A DNA stretch of 63,337 nt, counting the filler, from Octopus bimaculoides (taxonomy: Eukaryota), in NCBI RefSeq assembly GCF_001194135.2. It is 8 parts of 8 records of this genome, joined end to end, with 100 filler letters (N's around TTAATTAATTAA, not from the genome) between each part and the next. Parts side by side here need not be neighbours in the genome. Positions count along the whole stretch, not along the records: positions 1 to 21,078 come from NC_068986.1; 7 more parts are not named here. One strand, 5' to 3'. A program made the translations under genes and the position numbers. A model generated the notes under the pieces. The model was not told the origin of the DNA, made no database searches, and worked only from the letters and a program-made list of their open reading frames with translations. This document shows positions 1 to 11,150 of this stretch, piece by piece. Each line of letters begins with the position of its first letter. Within the stretch, counting starts at the first letter, position 1.

Positions 1-288
1 ATATATATAGATATATACACATACACACACACACATATATGGAGCGAGTGTGTGACAGAGAGTGTATGTGTGTGTACATGTGTGGGAAGGAAAGATGGTA
101 TCCTCATATCTAGACAGATTTATATGAAGACAAGTGGAATCTCGGAAAATAAGCGAGAAAATACAATCTACTTCACAGTCACTAATAATGATTCACATTG
201 AATAAAATGCGAAATATTCCACTTTAATGCGCTACACATATACACAGACAAATGCATATACATGCTTACTATATATATATATATATAT

Positions 289-337
<49 letters not shown>

Positions 338-1356
338 CATATATATATCAAAATAAGCAACAAGTGTATCCAGAAGTGATGCAGTACGATCGTTTCACGC
401 AACTCCATCTAATTGAACAATGCAACCATTACATCAATTTAAATGCAGAGCAATCCTCAGCTGCACAAAGACATAGAATTTAATTATATTAAGACTGATG
501 GACACGACACATTAGTATAATTTTACTTAAAATTCCAAGATGTTAAGGAGATAGACAAAGAACATGCTGCCTTCACTTCAGCTTAGAAGCGAATAAGGTA
601 TCCGGAAGAAAGACTTGTTACAGATTTTGCTTGTCAATGTTTTATGGGGTCAGTTTTAATTTATAGACTAGTTTTATCAAACCCTTGTATATCTAAGGCC
701 GAGATAACAAGGGGCAGTGTCTGTTAGGCGTAGGGCTGAAGGAGCCAACAGAAATCATAGTGGGTTTGTCATAAAAAAAAAATCAAGATTTATTAGAAGC
801 AATATCATGAGATTTGGTAATGGAAAAACTTAAATCAAGATGTTAGCTGACAATTAAGGGGGCTGGCCACTAGCAGACCAGTGATAATGAAACAGGGGAA
901 ATCTTATTTTTACTAGAGTTAAATATTTTAAAAATTATTGCTATATTGTATAAAGTTAAAGTTTTGGGTTATTCAGAGGATTATTAAGAAGAATATTATA
1001 ACAAAAGGATAAAAAGTTTTTTGAATACGTTTGAGTATATGCCAAACTTTTACCACAATAGAGGGAGGAAAATAAATTATCTAGAAATAGCTTAATATTT
1101 ATACATATTATATACTTACATACTAATTTATCAGATGGTATCTGTGAATATTGATCAATTGGTATATACTGGCATTCAATAAAGGAGTACTGAGGTAAAA
1201 GAGCATGCTAACTATATATTAATTGAATTATAATCTAAGCAGTTTATTATAAGTAGTGGATATACCAGTATTGTTTTATATAAGCTAAGTAGGAATTTAT
1301 AGAGGTAACACAATTTGATTTATTTTATAAATAAATGACAAAAAAAAGAATATTAA

Positions 1357-1372
1357 TAATAATAATAACAGC

Positions 1373-1403
<31 letters not shown>

Positions 1404-1405
1404 GC

Positions 1406-1468
<63 letters not shown>

Positions 1469-1490
1469 GATAATAATAATAATAATAATG
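1357..1490. repeat. Compound (AAT)n/(AAC)n microsatellite
   Basis: Directly visible trinucleotide array; explains the poly-Leu ORF 1297..1542. Confidence 0.98.
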
Positions 1491-1890
1491 AACACCAAAA
1501 TAGAAAACGCATGAAAAGAAAAACTATACGGTCAGTTTGCAAGAGATTTGAACGTGAAGACAGATACAGAGGACCGGTGGCTATGAATGAGGAGGTGTGA
1601 CCTGAAGATTGGGGCAGAAGTACTCATATACGCAGCTCAAGAACAAGCGTTAGGGATCAACAATATGGCAAGAATGATCCACTGGAAACTCAGTGGAAAT
1701 CACGGCCTACAAAGAGCAAAGACGTGGTATGAGTAAACCTCAGAAGGAGTCACTGAGAATGAGAACTGCAAAATCTTGTGAAATGCAATGATCCAATGCG
1801 TTCACCAGACTAGACATCAGATGTCGGATATAGTTGTGATGAATAAAATAAAGAAAGAACATGCATGACAATCGTCATAGCATGTCTTTG
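1490..1890 (+). mobile_element. R4/Dong-clade non-LTR retrotransposon fragment (C-terminal region with restriction-like endonuclease), decayed
   Basis: Manual translation KLYGQFARDLNVKTDTEDRWL*MRRCDLKIGAEVLIYAAQEQALGIN...MIHWKLS...WYE*...ENENCKIL*...DIVV matches the R4/Dong pattern LHGQF..WL..G.LK.ETE.LI.AAQEQAL.TN..IHW..WY.H..EN..KILWD..PDIVV; several stops. Confidence 0.8.
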
Positions 1891-1893
1891 TGC

Positions 1894-1953
<60 letters not shown>

Positions 1954-2960
1954 NNNNNNNNNNNNNNNNNNNNNNNNNNNNNNNNNNNNNNNNNNNNNNN
2001 NNNNNNNNNNNNNNNNNNNNNNNNNNNNNNNNNNNNNNNNNNNNNNNNNNNNNNNNNNNNNNNNNNNNNNNNNNNNNNNNNNNNNNNNNNNNNNNNNNNN
2101 NNNNNNNNNNNNNNNNNNNNNNNNNNNNNNNNNNNNNNNNNNNNNNNNNNNNNNNNNNNNNNNNNNNNNNNNNNNNNNNNNNNNNNNNNNNNNNNNNNNN
2201 NNNNNNNNNNNNNNNNNNNNNNNNNNNNNNNNNNNNNNNNNNNNNNNNNNNNNNNNNNNNNNNNNNNNNNNNNNNNNNNNNNNNNNNNNNNNNNNNNNNN
2301 NNNNNNNNNNNNNNNNNNNNNNNNNNNNNNNNNNNNNNNNNNNNNNNNNNNNNNNNNNNNNNNNNNNNNNNNNNNNNNNNNNNNNNNNNNNNNNNNNNNN
2401 NNNNNNNNNNNNNNNNNNNNNNNNNNNNNNNNNNNNNNNNNNNNNNNNNNNNNNNNNNNNNNNNNNNNNNNNNNNNNNNNNNNNNNNNNNNNNNNNNNNN
2501 NNNNNNNNNNNNNNNNNNNNNNNNNNNNNNNNNNNNNNNNNNNNNNNNNNNNNNNNNNNNNNNNNNNNNNNNNNNNNNNNNNNNNNNNNNNNNNNNNNNN
2601 NNNNNNNNNNNNNNNNNNNNNNNNNNNNNNNNNNNNNNNNNNNNNNNNNNNNNNNNNNNNNNNNNNNNNNNNNNNNNNNNNNNNNNNNNNNNNNNNNNNN
2701 NNNNNNNNNNNNNNNNNNNNNNNNNNNNNNNNNNNNNNNNNNNNNNNNNNNNNNNNNNNNNNNNNNNNNNNNNNNNNNNNNNNNNNNNNNNNNNNNNNNN
2801 NNNNNNNNNNNNNNNNNNNNNNNNNNNNNNNNNNNNNNNNNNNNNNNNNNNNNNNNNNNNNNNNTATATATATATATACATATGTATAAATATACATATA
2901 TATAGATATATTATTTATTACATATTACATGTATACATCCATAAATATACACACACATAT

Positions 2961-3376
2961 AGGTGCCGGCGTGGGTGTGTGGTGAGAATCTTGCTTCTCA
3001 ACCACATGGTTCCGGATAGTTTCCCAGCATGACACCTTGGTCTTACCAGTAGATGTGGTAGACGGAAGCTGAAAGTAGAAGCCTGTCCTGTATATATATA
3101 TATATATATTCTTTTACTGGCTTCAGCGAGAGACTGGGGCCATGCTGGAAAACAACACGCACGCGCACTCACACACACAGATATACATATCAATGCCTGT
3201 ACGTCTTTGTGTCTGTGTTTATCACCCACCACCATTTCACAACCAGTGTTGGCGTGTTTACGTCCCCGTAACTTAGCAATTCCCCAAAAGCTGCCATAGG
3301 ATAAGTACCAGGCTTTTAAAATAAAATACCGGATTCGTTCATTCATCTAAAAATTCAAGGCCGTATCACAGCATGC
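2961..3376 (+). mobile_element. tRNA-derived SINE, family A, containing an inverted tail fragment at ~3108-3150
   Basis: Head gtgggtgtgtggtgagaatcttgcttctcaaccacatggttccgg and body ggtagacggaagctgaaag..gtgtttacgtccccgtaacttagc are shared with copies at ~40008 and ~50543. Confidence 0.85.
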
Positions 3377-4187
3377 ACNNNNNNNNNNNNNNNNNNNNNN
3401 NNNNNNNNNNNNNNNNNNNNNNNNNNNNNNNNNNNNNNNNNNNNNNNNNNNNNNNNNNNNNNNNNNNNNNNNNNNNNNNNNNNNNNNNNNNNNNNNNNNN
3501 NNNNNNNNNNNNNNNNNNNNNNNNNNNNNNNNNNNNNNNNNNNNNNNNNNNNNNNNNNNNNNNNNNNNNNNNNNNNNNNNNNNNNNNNNNNNNNNNNNNN
3601 NNNNNNNNNNNNNNNNNNNNNNNNNNNNNNNNNNNNNNNNNNNNNNNNNNNNNNNNNNNNNNNNNNNNNNNNNNNNNNNNNNNNNNNNNNNNNNNNNNNN
3701 NNNNNNNNNNNNNNNNACACACACAAACACACACACACACACACACACACACAGCGGATTTTTACGTACATAGACACGGTGTCAATAAAGATTAATAAGT
3801 CTTAAAATTGAACGAATCCAAAGCCCAAGACGTTGGATGAAGGTGAGGTAGAAAGACAGGTAACGGTTAAGAATGAGAAGACTTTCAGCATGAGAGCGTA
3901 ATTGTGTGTGTGTGTGTGTGTATGTGTTTGTGTGTCCGTGTCCATGTGTGTCTATGTGTGTGCTTCCGTTATTTTGATCAGGCGCAACATTTTTGTATTA
4001 AGAAATCGTGAAGTATAAGACTACATTGAAACGGAACGGTTTACAGTGTTACTCGAAAAAACGATGTAAGGGAGATAATCCAACAATTAAATGTATGGTT
4101 TTATCTCCCTTATACTTTACTAAAAACAGTAACGGGATTTGTGAAATACATTTACCCATATAACACATATAAAGATAAACGAGTGTT

Positions 4188-4219
<32 letters not shown>

Positions 4220-5399
4220 CACCACCCTTTTCTCTCTGTGAGTGCTTGTGCAGGCACGGGCGTACACGCGTGTTTCAGTGAGAGAAGTGTGTAGGGAATG
4301 AGAGAAGTAGGCAGTTTCTATGGGATTTGTTTACTATACTTGCATGGTCAGTGACATTGCATATCAACTATNNNNNNNNNNNNNNNNNNNNNNNNNNNNN
4401 NNNNNNNNNNNNNNNNNNNNNNNNNNNNNNNNNNNNNNNNNNNNNNNNNNNNNNNNNNNNNNNNNNNNNNNNNNNNNNNNNNNNNNNNNNNNNNNNNNNN
4501 NNNNNNNNNNNNNNNNNNNNNNNNNNNNNNNNNNNNNNNNNNNNNNNNNNNNNNNNNNNNNNNNNNNNNNNNNNNNNNNNNNNNNNNNNNNNNNNNNNNN
4601 NNNNNNNNNNNNNNNNNNNNNNNNNNNNNNNNNNNNNNNNNNNNNNNNNNNNNNNNNNNNNNNNNNNNNNNNNNNNNNNNNNNNNNNNNNNNNNNNNNNN
4701 NNNNNNNNNNNNNNNNNNNNNNNNNNNNNNNNNNNNNNNNNNNNNNNNNNNNNNNNNNNNNNNNNNNNNNNNNNNNNNNNNNNNNNNNNNNNNNNNNNNN
4801 NNNNNNNNNNNNNNNNNNNNNNNNNNNNNNNNNNNNNNNNNNNNNNNNNNNNNNNNNNNNNNNNNNNNNNNNNNNNNNNNNNNNNNNNNNNNNNNNNNNN
4901 NNNNNNNNNNNNNNNNNNNNNNNNNNNNNNNNNNNNNNNNNNNNNNNNNNNNNNNNNNNNNNNNNNNNNNNNNNNNNNNNNNNNNNNNNNNNNNNNNNNN
5001 NNNNNNNNNNNNNNNNNNNNNNNNNNNNNNNNNNNNNNNNNNNNNNNNNNNNNNNNNNNNNNNNNNNNNNNNNNNNNNNNNNNNNNNNNNNNNNNNNNNN
5101 NNNNNNNNNNNNNNNNNNNNNNNNNNNNNNNNNNNNNNNNNNNNNNNNNNNNNNNNNNNNNNNNNNNNNNNNCACACACACACACACACACACGCATAAA
5201 TACGAAGCTTTAATTTAAGAAATCTTCAAATACGTTTTAATAGTTTCGTAAGGAGAGATTGCAGCAGCCATGGCTCTCATGACAATCCCTCATGACCGGA
5301 GGGAAGGAGGCAGAGGAAGGCAAGTATTTTGGAACGGGAGTCCACTCCCGAAAACTTGCAACCAAGTAGTCTTCTCTACGAAACGCACCCAAGGTGCCC

Positions 5400-5530
5400 T
5401 TTCATCTTTTTAAACAGGACGGGAGATGAAGAAGGCCACGACAGGATTTGAATTCAGAAGCGAAAGAATCTGAACAAATAATGCAAGACATTCAGTCCGA
5501 GTTTCTTACACTTCTACCATTCCACTGCTT
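5400..5530 (-). mobile_element. SINE family B fragment
   Basis: ggatttgaattcagaagcg..aataatgcaagacatt resembles the family B copies at 37.5 and 46.9 kb. Confidence 0.55.
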
Positions 5531-6239
5531 TCGATTTGATTTGTACTTTTTTATAGATCCTGAAATAGTATGTGGCAAATTTGACCTTGTTTTATACGAA
5601 TTATTGTTTTGAAACTAATTATTTATTTATTTATTCATGTATTTATTTATTTATCTATTTATTTATTTATTTATTTAGTTAGTTAGTTAGTTTGTTCGTT
5701 TGTTTATTAATTAGTTAGTCATGGATTTTTGCAGCAAAATTCATCTCAACCGTAAGGACTCTTCTTGCATAGGCTTTTATGAACAGTGGTTGAAGCGATA
5801 AGCTTTGAGCTTGAGTGCCCGACAAAAGTGAGTAGCTTTGGAGAGAAATACCTTTCAGTAAACTATCTACATTATAAAACATTACCTCAAAAGAAAATAT
5901 TGTATGATACCGACATTAGAATATATTACGAAGAGTTGTCAAGTTGAAAGGGATACAAGATTTATCCTAGCTTTCGTTATTTTCTGTCTAATCGAGATTT
6001 GTAACCCAATTTATCTACTTCGAATNNNNNNNNNNNNNNNNNNNNNNNNNNNNNNNNNNNNNNNNNNNNNNNNNNNNNNNNNNNNNNNNNNNNNNNNNNN
6101 NNNNNNNNNNNNNNNNNNNNNNNNNNNNNNNNNNNNNNNNNNNNNNNNNNNNNNNNNNNNNNNNNNNNNNNNNNNNNNNNNNNNNNNNNNNNNNNNNNNN
6201 NNNNNNNNNNNNNNNNNNNNTGTGTGTGTGTGTGTATAA

Positions 6240-6731
6240 TACACATTAAATACAGGAAATTACCAACGAGTGAAAAATACATAATCAAATAACGAGAGAC
6301 AAGTACGGGATAAAATACTAAACGAAGTCTAACTCCTCCTCGGTTGTTGACTTTTATTACTCCCGATTTCGAGCATTTAACGACAGCAACATCCAGAAAT
6401 TTTTAAAATATAAAATTCGTGCTGAGTTAGGGGTTCGAATGAATAAACAACAATAGAGTGGACGTACCGGAAAATAAAGAGGATTATAGAAAGATGGAAA
6501 GAAGGAAAAAAAAACAGAATGTGTAGTCTCAGAAATTATATATAAATGTAAGTACTTACTGTGGACAAGGGTGCGTGGCGTTCGATTATAAATAAATTTA
6601 AAAAATACACATTAATTACAGGATTTCACCAACAAGTGTAAAATACGTAAACACATAACGTGAGACAAGTACGGGACAAAATACGAAAATAAATCTAACT
6701 CCTCTTCGGTTGTCGACTGCTTATTACTCCC
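6240..6731. repeat. Two ~125-bp direct repeats (6240-6364 and 6606-6731), possibly a Penelope/LTR-type terminal repeat remnant
   Basis: tacacatta..acagga..accaac..gagacaagtacggga.aaaatac..tctaactcctc.tcggttgt.gact..ttattactccc occurs twice, 366 bp apart. Confidence 0.75.
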
Positions 6732-7883
6732 TGTATGTATGTATGTATGTATGTAAATACGATTCGGGTAAAAAAATATATATAGAATGCTATGCAAAGC
6801 TCTTTCACAGTTATTCCCTATCTGATGTCATCATACAATGGAAATGCGCCTATTACTGGATATACATAAGCAATATCGCGGTATCCGTTGAGCTTATATC
6901 AATGGATACCTTACAGAAAATAGAATGAACGACATTCTTTACTTAAAATCATTACAAATGCTCCTACACCTTTTTACACATGTAGTTCATTGGTGAGATG
7001 TTGCGTGATCATTATCATACACCCAAGGTGTAAAATCCACCTCCTCAGGATTTTGTTTAAATAAGTCTTTCGTCAGATCATCTCTTCATTTCACTCAGTG
7101 AAACAACCCAAAGTTGTTGATATTTAGACTCGTGTTCGTGCGGCCAGTGATGAAAAGTATTCCAAGTGTTTCCAATCCGTCATTTTAAAGACATAACGTA
7201 TAAATAACTACACCGGTGAACAGCAACTAACAGAAGGAACAGAATACAAAGATGAACCCATTCCGTTAGTCATTTTTCTCTCCAGAATCCTTAAGTTTTC
7301 GTTGAGAGTTGGGCGAATGAAATAAAATTATTCATGTCTGTATTTTGTATTTTACATTAATGAACATAAACATCGTTCATCATTATTTGGAATTTTCCTT
7401 TCTAGCATACATAGTTATAATCTTGATGATTACTAATTTGTTTTCTAGATGCTTGGATTTGATTAATAGAACATTTTTCTGTGTTATTTCTAATAGGTCA
7501 TACGATAAAAACGGGAATTCTGGTGATTCCTAATTACTCCAGAATTAGAAACATATTTATATCATGAATTACACAATTGAAAGATTATTGCATATTTAGT
7601 ATACAAGGAATTCATATAGAACTTGTAATTTCAACCCACAAACAGTAGAATTAACATAGTTACAAAATGCAATTATTATCGACATAAGCTGATTGTTGAT
7701 TAGCTAAATTAGTTTCGGGATTTGCCCAACAATAAACAAGTTATATATATTTTCGATGTGGAAATGTGTGCATGTGTGTGAGCAACTATGTGTATGTTTA
7801 TGTATCTGTGTATGTGATGAGTGCGTATGTATTTATGCATGTATGTGTCTGTGTATGTATGTGGAAACATGCACATATATATT

Positions 7884-7949
<66 letters not shown>

Positions 7950-8063
7950 AAAGTATGGGGGTTTAGTTTACAGGTGATCTAAACGATTAGGTACACAAGG
8001 TAAGTGCTGTAACGGATTACTGGGGCTCCAAGGTTATAGTCGAGACGGTAGTTATGGAACCAT

Positions 8064-8171
8064 TATTCTTTTATTCTTTTACTTGTTTCAGTCATTTGAC
8101 TACTGCCATGCTGGAGCACCGCCTTTAGTGGTTGGTAAGCAAGCTACTTACCACACAATCAGTCCTGCGCC
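8064..8171 (-). mobile_element. Internally deleted SINE family A (head fused to tail)
   Basis: Minus strand reads ggcgcaggactgattgtgtggtaagtagcttgcttaccaaccac joined directly to taaaggcggtgctccagcatggcagtagtcaaatgactgaaacaagtaaaagaat. Confidence 0.85.
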
Positions 8172-8186
8172 TATTGCAGATTTCTT

Positions 8187-8507
8187 ATGCAGCAGATATA
8201 TAATAGTTAAACAGGACGTCAAACATTAAGGCAAGGCAAATATCTCAAGTTATATACAATATTATTATATGAAGAAATTCAAAATCTTACAACTGATTCT
8301 GGGATATCCTCGAGTATGAGATATTCCGATATTTGTCTCTGATAATGCAATATCTCATACTCGGAGATATCTCAGAAACAGCTGTAACATTTTGAATTTC
8401 TTCGTATAATAATATTGTATATGACTTGAGATATTTGCCTTGCCTCAATGTTTGACGTATTATTTATCTATTATATATATATATATTATAGTATATTACC
8501 GCTGCAT
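8187..8507. mobile_element. Fold-back/MITE-like long inverted repeat (~140-bp arms, ~25-bp spacer)
   Basis: Left arm acgtcaaacattaaggcaaggcaaatatctcaagttatatacaatattattatatgaagaaattcaaaat..gagtatgagatatt is matched by the reverse complement of the right arm with few mismatches. Confidence 0.9.
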
Positions 8508-10059
8508 ATCAAGTACCTACAAATACCAGGTACATACAAATCATTAGTCTTTACATACTAGTTCTAGCAATGCGTTTAAAATGTTAATTGGTATATTCAA
8601 TTACGTAACACTGCTGTATACGGAGCTTATGTATGCAATGTGTTCGGAGGCGAGAATGAGTTAGATCGGTTCTGATGAAAGGGCAAAATAATCCCGAACT
8701 ATGGCACATACAGTCATTACCTATTTTTGACTTCGATTTCATTGTTTGTTTATATATCTGACATCTCGATACGAAACGCTGTAGCAAAGATCAGTGCTGG
8801 CTATAATTTCTATGGAATATCTGTTGAAATAACATTAACAAAATAACTTAAAAAGCACTTCTATGATTAACGTGTTCCGATCGTAGCCATCACTTCGATT
8901 TTTCAAGTACTGTGTATCTCGGACTACATTATTCAATTTGTTACCTGTGTGAAATAATAACGCGTGATGTATGGCCTATGTTTCAAGCAAATTGAGTGAC
9001 TTCGAATTGGCTCCATCTTTGGCTCGAAGTTTCGGAGATTTTAAGGAATGACTTGGCATAGAACATCAAATTAACGCCAACTAAATATTATATGCATATT
9101 CAATGTGTTGTAGCGAGTTCGTCATCATGCTATATTAAATATGAACTATATTATATATGTGCCAGTAATACTTAGATGAGACTTTGTAACACCAACCAAC
9201 ATTTTACATGCAATAGAAAGCGTAAAGAATACCGGAAAATGGAGAAGACGAAATAATTGTAATTATCATTTAAAGCGAATTTATCTCACTCTCACTGCTA
9301 TACTCAGTAGGAATTACATGCGCATTAAGATATTTTATCACTCACTACTAATTAAATAATGGGCTTCTCTGTCAAGTAGAATGTTAATCTGAACAGTTAT
9401 GTACAGCTAATCTTAATCTACTACCAGAGTTAATTCACCCATTTGGCCCATGTGTGACTTTAGCAAGCTCATTGTTTCGAGAACATAATTTTGCTTCTAT
9501 TCTTTGATGTATTTGGTTACAGCACTTGACCTTCTTAGTTTACCTCCTATCGAGACTAATTTTATTTTCATATTTACACATCGATATAATAACGTATCAC
9601 TATTAAGGGTAGTTTATAGCTCTACGATGCATCATAGATGTCCTTGGAATTATCAGAGGAAAACCATTTCAATGGGCGCTCGTAATTGGGTTTAGGTTGA
9701 AGGAAAGAATGAAATATGGGAAAATTAATATTCTTTTATAGAAAGCATTCGGCTTATACTGGAATTCAGACTCTCCTCATTAGAAATAGAAACACTATCA
9801 AAAGATCCAATCACAGATAGCTCACCACCGTATATAAACTCGATGCATAAAAGTAAATTGGGTTCTTTTTGCATGGACAAGGAATATATAGAGTATATGA
9901 AACAGAAAAATTGTGGTTGTGTTAATAATGCTTTTATCAAACTCGGATTTCAGTTTGGAATCAGAATAGCAAGCCAAGTGTTAGGATTACTGAAACTTCA
10001 TGTTGCATTTCACGTAATGAGTGCAAATAAATGTAAAACATACCGTAAATATATTTATT

Positions 10060-11050
10060 CATTCAAAATGTAATCGTCAACGTTAGCAATAATGTTTTTC
10101 CACCTCGAAATCATTTTTCTGATACCGCGTCAAAAAATCAATCAGGTCCTTTACGTGAGTAAAATATTTGGAGTGTTATTTCAACACCTTCTCTACTTCT
10201 GAATATTTTTTTACCACAATTAAAGAATTGAAATTAGCTGAATAAATTGAAATCTGATAGTACTATGTATGGTGAGCAGGGAGAATGGGGAAGAGCTGCT
10301 TCCCAGCCTAAAGAATTGATCTTTTCTTGGGTTATCTTCTCTGAATGTGGTCTGATATTAATTGTTGCCGGATGACTCCCTTTCTGTTGACTTAATCCAG
10401 CCGTTTATTATTTTTTTTGCACAAAATTTGATCGACACCTTCAAGCCGTTGACAAACTTCTGCTCTGATGAGCTTCCCGTGTTCTAATAGTTTGAACTGA
10501 ATAATACCAATTGTATTCCACCAAACGTACAGTCAAATCTGCCGTGGGTGTTGGAACTATATTTTTATTTGGGATAATCACCGCTTTTTACGTTTATTGA
10601 TGTTAATGACTATCTATTTCTCATCACCGCTTACAATTAGATTTAAAAAAAGATGTTTTTTCATTCCTGATTTGCAAATAGTTGTAAATTGTTAAACGCA
10701 CTGCTCATGAGGTACCCATTTGCCTTCTCTATACACTTCTTCAATCTGCTTAAGATGAATATAGCACAGGTAATAAATCCCCGATACTTTCACGCGGATA
10801 CTCTTGTAGTATGACTTCTGAATATTTGCTTGGAAAGACGACATTACATTTCAGCACACCTCATCAGCTTCTAAACTTCTAATTACTTTCTCAACTTCTA
10901 ATTACTTTCTCAACTTCTAATTACATTGCCTTAGACTAGTTGCTTTTCAACATCTGAAGCGTATAGGTCATGTCTTCCTCAAGCTGAGTAGTAACAAAGC
11001 ATTTCAACAGTCGTATCTTGAATCACATATTCTGCTCATAAAATACGAGA
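10060..11050 (-). mobile_element. Decayed mariner transposase
   Basis: Minus-strand motifs GKWVPHE (~10705-10724), IVSGDEK*I (cf. IVTGDEKWI), NIRPHSEKITQEKI (cf. DNARPH), GWEAALPHSPCSPYIVLSDF (cf. HPPYSPDLAPSDF) and RWKNIIAN near the end; many stops and frameshifts. Confidence 0.85.
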
Positions 11051-11150
11051 TTGGCTTTATCGTTCTGGTGTCGATAAAAGTTGATTTGTCTTTCATCCGT
11101 TTGAGATCGATAAAATAAAGAACCAGTCAATCACTGAGTGTACCATAAAC
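11045..11150 (+). mobile_element. SINE family B fragment
   Basis: gttgatttgtctttcatccgtttgagatcgataaaataaagaaccagtc resembles the 47.7-kb copy. Confidence 0.6.

Noticed and set aside
1817-5213. Long ORFs in the track made of X, YIYI, HTHT or CVCV (here and throughout the window)
   Set aside because: Translations of N gaps and dinucleotide microsatellites.
7190-7270. Signal-peptide-like WVHLCILFLLLVAVHRCS on the minus strand (protocadherin-like start?)
   Set aside because: No in-frame ATG, a stop follows within ten codons, and there is no cadherin motif.
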